This document shows, one piece after another, positions 16,761 through 27,112 of a stretch of 64,000 bases of DNA. Source of the DNA: an uncultured Verrucomicrobia subdivision 3 bacterium (GTDB taxonomy: Bacteria > Verrucomicrobiota > Verrucomicrobiia > Limisphaerales > UBA11358). The notes under the pieces were generated by a model. It ran no database searches and was not told where the DNA came from. It was given only the letters and a program-made list of their open reading frames with translations. Location: assembly GCA_903944085.1 (NCBI GenBank), contig CAJAQO010000286.1:11009-75008 (forward strand), written 5' to 3'. A program made the translations under genes and the position numbers. Numbering within the stretch: position 1 is the stretch's first letter; every line of letters starts with the position of its first letter.

Positions 16761-19586
16761 TCAAGCCTTTGCCACCAACTGCCGCAACACATACGGCAAA
16801 ATGCCGCCATGCTGGTAGTAGTCAATTTCGATGGGCGTATCAATGCGGCAGCGGACGGCGACATTCTCCACGGAGCCGTCCTTGCGCGTGATCTTCAGCG
16901 TGAGGTCCTGCTGCGGCTTGATGTTTGCGTCGAGGCCAACGATGTCGTAGGTCTCCGTGCCGTCGAGTTTCAAGGTCTGCGCGGTGGTGCCTTCCTTGAA
17001 CTGTAGCGGCAACACGCCCATGCCGACGAGATTGCTGCGGTGGATGCGCTCAAAACTCTGCGCCACGACGGCTTTCACGCCGAGGAGATTGGTGCCTTTC
17101 GCGGCCCAGTCGCGGGACGAGCCGGTGCCGTATTCCTGTCCGGCCAAAATCACGAGCGGCGTGCCGCGTTTCTGATATTCCATGGACGCGTCGTAGATCG
17201 AAACTTTTTTGCCTTCCGGTTGCAGCAACGTGTCGCCGCCTTCCTGGCCGGCGAGCATCAGGTTTTTGATGCGCACGTTGGCGAACGTACCGCGCGTCAT
17301 CACGCGGTCGTTGCCACGTCGCGAGCCGTAGCTGTTGAAATCTTCCGCCGTCACGCCGTTCTCGATGAGATATTTTCCGGCCGGCGAGGTTTTCTTGATG
17401 GAACCGGCGGGCGAAATGTGATCGGTCGTTACGCTGTCGCCGAAAATCGCCAGCGCGCGGGCGCCGGTGATCGGCGCGAGGCTGCCGGGCGTCAACGCGA
17501 AGTTCGTGAAGAACGGCGGCTCTTGGATGTAGGTGGACTTGCGGTCCCACTCGTAAACGTTGCCGGTGCTGGAAGGAATTTCGTTCCACTTCGGATTTTG
17601 CGCGGCGAAATCCTTATACAAGCGGCGGAACACATCCGGCTCGAGCGCGGCCTGCATCAAGTCGCGGACTTCTTTCAGGCTCGGCCAGATGTCGCGCAGG
17701 TGGACGGGCTTGCCGTCCTTGCCGGTGCCGAGCGCGTCGTTGGCCAGATCAATATCCACGCGGCCCGCCAGCGCAAACGCCACGACAAGCGGCGGCGACA
17801 TGAGGAAATTTGCCTTGATGTTCTGGTGGACGCGCGCCTCGAAATTGCGGTTGCCGGAAAGCACCGACGCGGCGACCAAATTATTTTTTACAATCGCATC
17901 CTCGATGGCCGGATGCAGCGGGCCGGAGTTGCCGATACAGGTGGTGCAGCCGTAGCCGACGAGATTGAAACCGAGCTTGTCGAGGAACGGTTGCAAACCC
18001 GTCTTGTCCAAATAATCGCTGACGACGCGCGAGCCGGGCGCGAGCGAGGCCTTGACCGTGGAGTTGACCGTCAGACCTTTTTCCACGGCCTTCTTCGCGA
18101 GCAAACCGGCGGCGAGCATCACGGAAGGATTGCTGGTGTTGGTGCAGCTTGTGATGGCGGCGATCAGCACGGAACCATTGCGCACGTGGCCGTCCAGCCG
18201 CGGAGCCTTGGCGTGAATCGGATCGGCGGTCGGATGCTCAATGGCCATCTCGCGCTCGCTGGGCGGCAGTTGGCTGTTTGGGATGGCCTGCTGGCTGCCA
18301 CCACTCGGATGAATTTCGCCGCCGGCGGAAACATGCACGGAGCGCGACAACTCCTCGGCCTTCATGCCAAAACCGCTTTCCGTGACCGGCTTGCTGAACG
18401 CGCTGATGAATTCGTTTTTGAGTTTCGGCAGTTCGATGCGATCCTGCGGTCGTTTTGGGCCGGCTACGCTCGGCAACACGGTGCTGAGATCCAGTTCGAT
18501 TTCTTGCGAGTAGGTAATGTCACCCTTCTTCGGAATGCCCCACAAGCCTTGCGCCTTGTAATAATTTTCGTAGGTCTTGACCGCTTCATCCGTGCGGCCG
18601 GTGGCGCGGAGATAATTGACGCACTCGGCATCAATCGGGAAGAAGCCCATCGTCGCGCCATATTCGGGCGCCATGTTCGCGATGGTCGCGCGGTCCACGA
18701 GCGGCAACGCCGCCGCGCCGGGGCCTAAAAATTCCACAAACTTGCCGACGACTTTCGCCTTCCGCAAAATCTGCGTGACGGTGAGCGCGACATCGGTGGC
18801 GGTGACGCCCTCGCGAATCGAACCGGTGAGGTGAACGCCCACGACATCCGGCGTGAGAAAATAAACCGGCTGGCCCAACATGCCGGCTTCCGCCTCGATG
18901 CCACCGACGCCCCAGCCGACGATGCCGAGACCGTTGATCATCGTGGTATGCGAGTCCGTGCCGACGAGCGTGTCGGGATAATAAATTTCGCCCGCGTTCA
19001 GCACGCCCTTGGCGAGATATTCCAAATTGACTTGATGCACAATGCCGATGCCCGGCGGCACGACCTTGAACGTGTCGAACGCCTGCATGCCCCACTTCAA
19101 AAACTGGTAGCGCTCGCGGTTGCGCGTAAATTCCAAATCCAGATTCTTCGCCATCGAATCCGCGCCGCCGGCAAAATCCACCTGCACGGAATGATCCACG
19201 ACCAAATCCACCGGCACGAGCGGCTCGATGATTTTGGGGTTTTTGCCGATCTTGGCGACCGCAGTGCGCATCGCCGCCAAGTCCACCAGCAGCGGCACAC
19301 CGGTGAAATCCTGCAGCACGATGCGCGCGACCACGAACGGGATTTCCGCCGTGCGCGTCTCGGCGGCTTGCCAGTTGGCGAGCTCTTTGATATTCGCTTC
19401 GCTAACTTTCTTGCCATCGCAATTGCGCAGGACGGATTCCAGCACAAGTCGGATGGAAACCGGCAGTTTCGCGATCGGGCCGACGCCGGCTTTTTCCAGC
19501 GCGGGCAATGAATAGAATTTTCCCGGCTGGCCATTGCCGAGTTCAAACGTTTGCAGTGTGCCAAAAAGATTGTGTGGTGTGCTCAT
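16761..19586 (-). CDS. acnA: aconitate hydratase A
   Basis: 941 aa, collinear with AcnA/IRP: [51 protein letters not shown] and SGNRNFEAR. Confidence 0.93.
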   Translation of the reverse strand: MSTPHNLFGTLQTFELGNGQPGKFYSLPALEKAGVGPIAKLPVSIRLVLESVLRNCDGKKVSEANIKELANWQAAETRTAEIPFVVARIVLQDFTGVPLLVDLAAMRTAVAKIGKNPKIIEPLVPVDLVVDHSVQVDFAGGADSMAKNLDLEFTRNRERYQFLKWGMQAFDTFKVVPPGIGIVHQVNLEYLAKGVLNAGEIYYPDTLVGTDSHTTMINGLGIVGWGVGGIEAEAGMLGQPVYFLTPDVVGVHLTGSIREGVTATDVALTVTQILRKAKVVGKFVEFLGPGAAALPLVDRATIANMAPEYGATMGFFPIDAECVNYLRATGRTDEAVKTYENYYKAQGLWGIPKKGDITYSQEIELDLSTVLPSVAGPKRPQDRIELPKLKNEFISAFSKPVTESGFGMKAEELSRSVHVSAGGEIHPSGGSQQAIPNSQLPPSEREMAIEHPTADPIHAKAPRLDGHVRNGSVLIAAITSCTNTSNPSVMLAAGLLAKKAVEKGLTVNSTVKASLAPGSRVVSDYLDKTGLQPFLDKLGFNLVGYGCTTCIGNSGPLHPAIEDAIVKNNLVAASVLSGNRNFEARVHQNIKANFLMSPPLVVAFALAGRVDIDLANDALGTGKDGKPVHLRDIWPSLKEVRDLMQAALEPDVFRRLYKDFAAQNPKWNEIPSSTGNVYEWDRKSTYIQEPPFFTNFALTPGSLAPITGARALAIFGDSVTTDHISPAGSIKKTSPAGKYLIENGVTAEDFNSYGSRRGNDRVMTRGTFANVRIKNLMLAGQEGGDTLLQPEGKKVSIYDASMEYQKRGTPLVILAGQEYGTGSSRDWAAKGTNLLGVKAVVAQSFERIHRSNLVGMGVLPLQFKEGTTAQTLKLDGTETYDIVGLDANIKPQQDLTLKITRKDGSVENVAVRCRIDTPIEIDYYQHGGILPYVLRQLVAKA

Positions 19587-19752
19587 TTAATTCCTATAAT
19601 TAAAAAAATAACGGCAAGAAAATGAAGTCTGCGCGCGACGGTGTCAAGCGAAGCGCACGAAAAGTCACCAGTTAATCGGCACCCGGCGCGACGCGCGAAT
19701 TATCCGGAAATGCGCCCAGAATTAGGACTTGGATTTTGATGACAAACGGGAA

Positions 19753-20133
19753 TCAAGTGGCTAATGGCACGAGGTTCAGCAATTCGCCAATGCGTTTTTC
19801 CAGGCGGGCCAAGTCAAGCGGTTTGGTGAAAAAATCCTCGGCGTGCATCGTGGCGGTGCGCTTGGTGATGTCGCCCGTGAGCGCGCTCATGAAGATGACC
19901 GGAATTTTTTTGGTGCCCGGCTGGCGGCGCAAAATTTCGCAGACGGACAGGCCATCGAGATCGGGCAGCAAAATATCAAGCAGGATGAGATTCGGCTTTT
20001 GCGTCCGCGCCTGGCTCAACGCATGAACGCCGTCGTTGGCCACGATCAGCTCATAGCCATGCCCCGCGAGTTTGTATTGCAACAGCTCGATGAAATCATT
20101 CTCGTCATCCACGATCAAAATACGCGGCACCAT
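19753..20133 (-). CDS. CheY-like single-domain response regulator
   Basis: MVPRILIVDDENDFIELL ... LILLDILLPDLDGLSVCEILR ... IPVIFMSA ... KP. Confidence 0.75.
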   Translation of the reverse strand: MVPRILIVDDENDFIELLQYKLAGHGYELIVANDGVHALSQARTQKPNLILLDILLPDLDGLSVCEILRRQPGTKKIPVIFMSALTGDITKRTATMHAEDFFTKPLDLARLEKRIGELLNLVPLAT

Positions 20134-20251
20134 CCTGACAACTTAGCTTACTCTGCGCCGAACACAAAGACGGCCCGGTTAAAACCAAGTGACGAACTGG
20201 CAACGAAGAAATCATTTCGTCGCCGGCGGCTGTGGCGGAATTCCATTTTGC

Positions 20252-23200
20252 TCAAAATTGCAACTCGCCATCGCTGTGAACCCGATTGCCCGCCGGGTCC
20301 ACGATGGTCGCCGTGACGAAGATCACTACCTCCTTGCCGTTGGCTTTTGTCTTTCGTTTGACCACCACGCCGTTGACATAATTTTCCACCGGCAAACCGC
20401 CAAGCACGGCCGTCTGGTCGTCCCACAAATTCAAGGTTGTCGTCATTTGCCGGACGGCGAAACGGGGCAATACTCTCGGCAGATCAATTTTTTCACCGGC
20501 GCGATTGTAAGCCGCCGTGGTGTTGGTGGACTTGTCGTAGCCCAGAAACTCCGTCAAAGAAGGGATGAGCGCCAGATTGATGGTATAGCCATCCGCCAAA
20601 ACATAAGGCACCACGTCCAAAATCGGGCCGGTTTCAACCGTCGTGGTTTGGGGGACGATGGCATTGGAAACCACCAGCCCGTTTTGATTGGTGTAAATTT
20701 CTTCAAAGGCCGTGTTGGTGACGACCGTAATCATGGTGGTCGCCCGCATTTGCGTTTGCCGACCGCTGAGCGTGGTCACTTCCGGCTCGGCCAAAACTTC
20801 AATGCCTGATTGGGCTTGCAGCGCGTGCCTGACCGCAGTCGCATTCGTGGTGGTGAGAATTCCCGTGAACTGCGCCGCCGAATTTGACAACACTCCAAAT
20901 TTCTGCAAGCCGAGCAAAGTTTCCCTCGGCACTTTGTAAAACCGCGCCTTGATGTGGATTTGCGGCGGAACCTGGTTGAGCACTTGGATGGAGCGCTCAA
21001 TCGTGTCTAAATCGTCCTCCGTCGCTTTGACAAAAAGGTAGCCGAGGCGGTCGTTGAAAAAAACCGCCTTGCCCGGCGGTTCCTGAAGATTGACGCCCAA
21101 ATTGGCGAAGAACATCCGGGCCAGCGTGCTCGGCGTCGTGGTGTTAGTTTTCGTGGTGGCGTATGGCAACCCGTCCGGACCGACGCCGATGTCTATGCTT
21201 CGGTTGCTGACGTTTTCCAAACCGAGGTAAAAAGCGTGGGGATCCACGCGGAAGGTGCGCATGAAAAGCTGTGGAGGTTCTTCGGAACTTTTGGCTGAAA
21301 ATATGACGTCGGAATCCCGAATACTATACTTGATCGGGTGTTCCGCCACCAACACGATGGCATCCAGCACATCTGCGAGCCGCACGTCCGTCAAGTTCGG
21401 TATCTTGATTGTCATCGCGCCGACATCCTCCGACGCGGCGGTGTTTGTCCCGCCAGAATTGATGGCGAAATCAATTCCCTTCCGCTCCGGATCACGCCAT
21501 TTGGATTCTCCATTAAGCTGCGCCAGCACTTCGCGCAACGGCTTGCCGGCCTCACCGGTGGAAAATTTCTCCAGGCGGATTCGGTCCAGCTTGGCGACGA
21601 TATTCGTGTGCGTCGCGGCATAATAAACAGGCGGCGAATCAATTCGATTGACGCCCCGGCCACTGATCGTGGTGACTTCGGGTTCAGCCAACGAGCCAGC
21701 GCCGCCACGCTGTTGCAAAGCCCGCAGCGCGGCTTGAAAATTTGTGCCGGACAAAATCCCCGTGCCGTTGGTCGGATTCTGCGGCAAAGCAGGCTGGGGC
21801 GGCGTTCCCGGCGGAATTTCGGGTAGCACGCGAAGGGCTTTTTCAATTAAATCCAAATCCACAGCCGTGGCTTTCACGAAAAAAACTCCGCGCGTGGCGT
21901 TGTAAAAAAGTGTCTGGCCCTTGGGCGATTCCATGTTTATGCCGAGATTTTTGATAAAACTTCCCATCACTTCCGACGCCGAGCCGGCTGGCGGCGTGCC
22001 CATTGCCTGCATGGCGGTGTAGAGAACATTGGTGTCCAATTTGAACGTGCGATTGAAAAGCTGCACCGGCCCCGGCACTTTGGCGGAAAACACGACGGCA
22101 AAATCCTGAACGGAATACTTGATGGGATGATCCGCAGCCAACACAACGGCATCGAGCAAGTCGGCAAAGCACATGTTGGTCAGGCTGGGAATTTTGATGA
22201 GACAGGAACCGACATCCACCGGTTCATTGGTGGTTGCCGCTGTTTCGGCGGTCGGCCCCGCAACCGGCTGCCCCGAACGGTCCGGATTATTGTTGATCAG
22301 GAAGTTGATGCCTTTGCGTTCGGGATCACGCAATCTGGATTGTCCGGCCAACTGCCTGAGCACTTCGGTCAGCGGCAAGCCGCGGTCGCTTGTGGAGAAA
22401 TTTTCCAGCCGGATCGTTTCGAGCTGGCGGATAATTTGCTGTCGGCCGGCGCTGGTTTGAACAAGCTTTGGACCTTGCCGGTTGGTTTGAATCAATCCCA
22501 AATAATAATTTGCCGTTGCGTTTTGTGGGTCCGCAGCCAGGGCTGCTTCCAATTTCATTTGCGCCGCATCCAGTTTGCCCATTTCAAAAAGCAGTTTGCC
22601 ATCCTGCACCAATTGCTTTTCCTGGCTTGGCGCGCTCATCGCGTTGGTATTTCCCAACGGCACCAGCCGTTGCTCGAAATGTTTCGCCGGCGAATTGGTG
22701 ACCAACTCCACGCCGATGACCGCGACCAGATTGCTCGCCGTGAGTCCATCCAGGCGAATCACCACGCCGCCTAAATTTTCCGCCGAAGCGCTGGCGCGAA
22801 ATTGATTGGTCAAAAGCTTGTTTCCAGCGCCATCAACCACTTGGCCGTGAACCGCCATAGCGATCCGTTCGCCGTTCACAACTGGCGTGCAATCAAGTTC
22901 GATGCTGTTGGTGCCATTGCCCACATACATTTGCGCCGGCGTGCTGCTCGAAGTTAGGACACGTGGCGAAATCAGCGGACTCAGACCGTAAATCGCCACC
23001 GTGTTTTTCAGCGTTCGATACAGCCAGGGTGAAGCTGACCACCAAGAATCCTCGTTGGCGCCACTGTGGTTAAATTGCAAATTGGCCACCAGGTTTTTGA
23101 AATCGTCGGTCCGCATTTGGTAGATTTGCGCTGACACGACGACGGCGGGGCAATTTGTTTGTGGCACCGAACCAGATGGCGAATTAGTGGCCGCCGAGGC

Positions 23201-24280
23201 TGGCGCGGCAAGTGGAGTTTTTTCCGTCGGTGCCGGCCCTTCGCCCATCGGCAATGCCACCGCGCTGAAAGCAAAAATTCCGCAGAGCGACGCGAAGGTC
23301 AGCCCGGCTCTGCGCGGCGCGCGAAAATCCACCAACCGCTCGATGCGCTGCCGCAGCGCGCTCCGCGATTCCATGATGCCAACCAGGCCGAGACTCAGCA
23401 GCGGTCGGCGAAAGGCCAGCTTGGCGACTTCGAGCAGCGTCGGCGCATAGCTGTCCGCTTCGTCGCGCAGGGCCAGCATTACCGCATCGTCCACTGCTTC
23501 CTCGCGCACGCGGCGGATGCGCGCGTTTGCGACCCACAGCAGCGGATGCCACCAGTAAACAATTTGCAGCAACGCCTGCGCGCAGTTCAACCAGACATCC
23601 TTGCGCCGGAGATGAAACAATTCGTGCAGCAGCACGGCGCGCAATTGTCCGGCGGAAAGTCGTTCCGCCAGCGCGCGCGGCAGCAAAATCACCGGACGAA
23701 ACAGGCCGCACACGGCGGGCGACATGCGGGCGTCCGTAATCTTCAAACGCGCCGAGGAACGCCATCCGGCGGATCGTCGCGCCTCGTGGAGCGGTTCAAA
23801 AATATTTTCGGAGACGATTGCCTGGCGAACCATTTGGCGCACCTGCCACCAGCGAAACGCCAGCCACAACAGCAGTCCGGCGCTCACGGACTCGGAAGCC
23901 AGCAAAGTCCAGCCAGCCCCATCCAACTTTGGCGCGGGCGGCTCAGGCGGGACGAAAGATTGCGCCGGCAAATCCAACTGGGGCGCGACGTTGTCGTAAG
24001 TAACGACGTAATTTTTTATCGCGGGCGCTTTCATCGGCGGTTTGGCGGGAAAGAGCCACCAGGCCGCGCCGGTGGGCAGGGCAAGCGCAGGCGGCAATAG
24101 CAATTTCACCAGCACCGCCAGCCACAGCGCGTAGCGGACAGCCGCGCGGATTTTTCGCGCCAGCAGAAAATCGAGCGCGAGGACGAACCCGATGAGCAGG
24201 CTGGATTGCCAAAGCATTGGCCACGCGAACTGCAAAAATTGTCCGCCCAATTGATTCACGGTTTCAATCAAAGCATTCAT
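20252..24280 (-). CDS. BlaR1-type M56 sensor-metalloprotease fused to a large periplasmic region with duplicated STN-like modules and secretin-type domains
   Basis: N-terminal TM helices plus HELFHLRRKD (HExxH, aa 219-223, nt 23612-23626). Secretin-type blocks appear in three places. The first is VVVSAQIYQMRTDDF ... ISPRVLTSSSTPAQMYVG (aa about 379-455). The second is LAEPEVTTISGRG (aa 864-876). The third is a full C-terminal domain: QIHIKARFYKV ... IEVLAEPEVTTLSGRQTQM ... GPILDVVPYVLADGYTINL ... LWDDQTAVLGGL ... VIFVTATIV. Confidence 0.8.
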   Translation of the reverse strand: MNALIETVNQLGGQFLQFAWPMLWQSSLLIGFVLALDFLLARKIRAAVRYALWLAVLVKLLLPPALALPTGAAWWLFPAKPPMKAPAIKNYVVTYDNVAPQLDLPAQSFVPPEPPAPKLDGAGWTLLASESVSAGLLLWLAFRWWQVRQMVRQAIVSENIFEPLHEARRSAGWRSSARLKITDARMSPAVCGLFRPVILLPRALAERLSAGQLRAVLLHELFHLRRKDVWLNCAQALLQIVYWWHPLLWVANARIRRVREEAVDDAVMLALRDEADSYAPTLLEVAKLAFRRPLLSLGLVGIMESRSALRQRIERLVDFRAPRRAGLTFASLCGIFAFSAVALPMGEGPAPTEKTPLAAPASAATNSPSGSVPQTNCPAVVVSAQIYQMRTDDFKNLVANLQFNHSGANEDSWWSASPWLYRTLKNTVAIYGLSPLISPRVLTSSSTPAQMYVGNGTNSIELDCTPVVNGERIAMAVHGQVVDGAGNKLLTNQFRASASAENLGGVVIRLDGLTASNLVAVIGVELVTNSPAKHFEQRLVPLGNTNAMSAPSQEKQLVQDGKLLFEMGKLDAAQMKLEAALAADPQNATANYYLGLIQTNRQGPKLVQTSAGRQQIIRQLETIRLENFSTSDRGLPLTEVLRQLAGQSRLRDPERKGINFLINNNPDRSGQPVAGPTAETAATTNEPVDVGSCLIKIPSLTNMCFADLLDAVVLAADHPIKYSVQDFAVVFSAKVPGPVQLFNRTFKLDTNVLYTAMQAMGTPPAGSASEVMGSFIKNLGINMESPKGQTLFYNATRGVFFVKATAVDLDLIEKALRVLPEIPPGTPPQPALPQNPTNGTGILSGTNFQAALRALQQRGGAGSLAEPEVTTISGRGVNRIDSPPVYYAATHTNIVAKLDRIRLEKFSTGEAGKPLREVLAQLNGESKWRDPERKGIDFAINSGGTNTAASEDVGAMTIKIPNLTDVRLADVLDAIVLVAEHPIKYSIRDSDVIFSAKSSEEPPQLFMRTFRVDPHAFYLGLENVSNRSIDIGVGPDGLPYATTKTNTTTPSTLARMFFANLGVNLQEPPGKAVFFNDRLGYLFVKATEDDLDTIERSIQVLNQVPPQIHIKARFYKVPRETLLGLQKFGVLSNSAAQFTGILTTTNATAVRHALQAQSGIEVLAEPEVTTLSGRQTQMRATTMITVVTNTAFEEIYTNQNGLVVSNAIVPQTTTVETGPILDVVPYVLADGYTINLALIPSLTEFLGYDKSTNTTAAYNRAGEKIDLPRVLPRFAVRQMTTTLNLWDDQTAVLGGLPVENYVNGVVVKRKTKANGKEVVIFVTATIVDPAGNRVHSDGELQF

Positions 24281-24292
24281 ACGCGTCCCAGG

Positions 24293-24682
24293 TTATTTTT
24301 TTGCTGCCTTCTTTCGCGCCTTGATCATCGCCTCCAACTCTGCCAGTTCCTTCGTGTTCAAATCCTTGCTGTCGAGCAGGCATTGCACCATCGGCGTGAG
24401 CGCGCCATTGAAAGCGTGCTTGAGCGCGTAAAATAATTCGCCGCTCTGCGCCTGCGCGCGCGTGACGGCCGACTGGTAAATCGTCAACTTGCCTTCTTTC
24501 TTCGCCTTGAGCATGCCTTTGGCGACCATGCGGTCCATCAAGGTGCGGACGGTCGAGTAATGCCAGCCGGTCGGCTTGAGCAGTTTTTCCTGGATGGCGG
24601 GCGCGGTGCAGGGTTCGGTTTCCCAAACGGCCTTGATGACGGACCATTCGGACTCGGTGAGTTCCACCGTGGGCTTGGACAT
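24293..24682 (-). CDS. blaI: BlaI/MecI/CopY family transcriptional repressor
   Basis: LTESEWSVIKAVWETEPCTAPAIQEKLLKPTGWHYSTVRTLMDRMVAKGMLKAKKEGKLTIYQ is the winged-helix Penicillinase_R pattern. It lies immediately upstream of, and co-oriented with, the M56 gene. Confidence 0.85.
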   Translation of the reverse strand: MSKPTVELTESEWSVIKAVWETEPCTAPAIQEKLLKPTGWHYSTVRTLMDRMVAKGMLKAKKEGKLTIYQSAVTRAQAQSGELFYALKHAFNGALTPMVQCLLDSKDLNTKELAELEAMIKARKKAAKK

Positions 24683-24694
24683 GTGCCTAGATTC

Positions 24695-24708
24695 TCTACA
24701 AATGTAGA
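24695..24708. promoter_or_regulatory. putative BlaI operator 1 (TCTACA-AA-TGTAGA)
   Basis: Perfect 6+2+6 dyad containing the TACA/TGTA half-sites typical of BlaI/MecI operators, 13 nt upstream of the blaI ATG. Confidence 0.6.
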
Positions 24709-24725
24709 TAATGTCAAGCGGAATA

Positions 24726-24739
24726 TTTACAAATGTAGA
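24726..24739. promoter_or_regulatory. putative BlaI operator 2 (TTTACA-AA-TGTAGA)
   Basis: A second copy of the same dyad, 31 bp centre-to-centre from operator 1 (about 3 helical turns). Confidence 0.55.
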
Positions 24740-24805
24740 TATTGCGGCAAATAAAAAGAGCGAAAGGAAATCCTCTCGCTCTTCGGAAAAAACTGTTTTG
24801 TGAAT

Positions 24806-25282
24806 CTACTTCAGCTTTGCCAGTGTTGCCTTGACGGCTTCAAAATTCGGCAAATCCTTCGGCGTCGGCGTCTGTTCGCTGTATTGCACCACGCCGCTTT
24901 TATCAATGACAAACGCCGCGCGTGCGGACGTGTCGCCCACGCCCGCGAGCATCGGGAACACCACGTCGTAAGCCTTGGTCACGGTTTTGTTCAAATCGCT
25001 GGCGAGCGTGATGCCGATTTTTTCCTGCTTGGCCCACGCGGCCTGCGCAAACGGGCTGTCCACGCTGACGGCGATGACCTCCGCGCCGAGGCTGGCATAC
25101 GCGTCGAGGCCGGCGGTGAGGCTGCACATTTCCGCCGTGCAAACGCCGGTGAACGCGAGCGGAAAGAACAGCAGCACGGTGTTTTTCTTGCCGAAATTGT
25201 TGCTTAACTTGACTTCCACATCCACGGGAGATTTGGATTTGAGGGTGAAATCAGGAGCTTTGGAGCCGACGGGAATTGCCAT
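24806..25282 (-). CDS. peroxiredoxin (AhpC/TSA family, AhpE-like)
   Basis: GSKAPDFTL ... VLLFFPLAFTGVCTAEMC ... VIAVSVDSPFAQAAWA. Confidence 0.85.
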   Translation of the reverse strand: MAIPVGSKAPDFTLKSKSPVDVEVKLSNNFGKKNTVLLFFPLAFTGVCTAEMCSLTAGLDAYASLGAEVIAVSVDSPFAQAAWAKQEKIGITLASDLNKTVTKAYDVVFPMLAGVGDTSARAAFVIDKSGVVQYSEQTPTPKDLPNFEAVKATLAKLK

Positions 25283-25873
25283 AATGTTATTTGTGTAATT
25301 TGGTTGATTGGTTATGCCACCGCCAAATTTTTACCATTCACCGCGCCGCTGTCAAATGGGGATTTTGTGAAAGATCCGATCCGGGCCACAGTCGCCAAGG
25401 AGGCGGGACAGGGGATGTCCACTGAAGAAACGACTGTGCGCCCGGATCAAAATTGGTGTGTATTCGCCTCCACGTTGCCCGCCGCTGAACCTGGCGGCAA
25501 CGTTTCCTGTAGCCAAGGCACGCCGCAATGAAACCCCGTCTCGTCTTCAAAGCCAACGGGCACTTGCGGGGTTATCGCCTGCCGCAATTGGGCGGCGACC
25601 CGCTCCATCCAGGCGGCATGATTTTGAACTGCCGGCTCGCGATCGTATCGCGCCGTTGCCAATCGGTTCGTGCATTTTTTCGAAAAATGACAGCCAAAGT
25701 TCATGCTTCAACTATCGAGCGGACTTCGAAATGCATCTAACCATATTTAGCCAGACATCTTACAAATATTGTTAAAACAAGCTGGCAAGCCCTTGAAGCA
25801 CAACGCCGGAAAATGGTGAGCCGGTCAAAGGGGAGCAAGAGCGGAAGTCGAGCGCCGCCGCCGGCGGCGTCCG

Positions 25874-26347
<474 letters not shown>

Positions 26348-26387
26348 AAATTTTCAACTGCCGATAAATGCGTCGGGGAATGTTGTT

Positions 26388-26999
26388 TCATCCGCGTTTA
26401 TCCGGATTTTTATTTTTTGCCGGTAAACTGGCGGGGTGCGCGCCAAGCTGCTGGCTGCCGTCCCAGACGTAAAGCAGACCGGAAGCGGCGGTGAAAAGGC
26501 CGGCGCCAAGAAGCCAGAGCGGCAGGAAACGTCCGTGAAAGCTGACATCCCAGCGCAGCAAAATCCAGAGCACCACGATCATCTGAAACACCGTGGCGAT
26601 TTTGCCGGTGAGGCGCGGCTGCACAGTGAGTTTGCCGACCACCAGCCGCACGATCACCGCGCCGAGGCCCAGCAGCAGATCGCGGCCGATGATGGTGCCG
26701 GTGAGCCAAAGGGGAATCGTCGCCAGCCGCGGCGCATGGTCGAAGCTCAACACCACGATGCCGGAGACCAGCAGCAGTTTGTCCGCGAGCGGGTCCAGCA
26801 CCGTGCCGAGTTCGCTCGATTGGTGGTAGCGCCGGGCGACATAGCCATCCACGCCGTCGAGAATCGCCGCCACGGCGAAGGTGAGCAGTGCCGCCAGCCG
26901 GTGCAGTTCGTTGCCCGTCTCGACGTAATAAAGAATCTCCACCACGAAAACCGGGATCAGCAAAATTCGCAGGATGGTGATTTTGTTTGCCGTGGTCAT
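26388..26999 (-). CDS. pgsA: CDP-alcohol phosphatidyltransferase (phosphatidylglycerophosphate synthase-like)
   Basis: NKITILRILLIPVFV ... DGVDGYVARRYHQSSELGTVLDPLADKLL is the D(x)2DG(x)2AR...G(x)3D(x)3D motif. The ORF is open to 27038; MTTANK start preferred. Confidence 0.8.
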   Translation of the reverse strand: MTTANKITILRILLIPVFVVEILYYVETGNELHRLAALLTFAVAAILDGVDGYVARRYHQSSELGTVLDPLADKLLLVSGIVVLSFDHAPRLATIPLWLTGTIIGRDLLLGLGAVIVRLVVGKLTVQPRLTGKIATVFQMIVVLWILLRWDVSFHGRFLPLWLLGAGLFTAASGLLYVWDGSQQLGAHPASLPAKNKNPDKRG

Positions 27000-27084
27000 C
27001 GTCGCCGGGATTCTCGCATGTTTGGTGGAAAATTCCATGAATTAAACCGGCCCCGCCGGACCGAGAGTTTGCTTGCGCGCCCAG

Positions 27085-27112
27085 CGTAAATCGTAAATCG
27101 TAAATCGCAAAT
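27085..27112. repeat. solo heptamer array (CGTAAAT)x3 + CGCAAAT
   Basis: cgtaaat cgtaaat cgtaaat cgcaaat. The last unit supplies the A and T of the acpS ATG (27111). Same unit as the right arm at 10648-10668. Confidence 0.85.

Noticed and set aside
17040-18728. Long antisense ORFs opposite confidently identified genes. This one lies opposite acnA. Others include 768-1529, 7232-8227, 8583-9725, 10975-11985, 23159-24100, 29852-31660, 34762-36012, 37944-39059, 40214-41575, 42154-43089, 44455-45321, 46062-46928, 47929-48960 and 61847-62749.
   Set aside because: They are typical high-GC shadow ORFs: Arg/Ala/Gly/His-rich, lacking motifs, and each fully overlapped by a gene with strong family signatures on the other strand.
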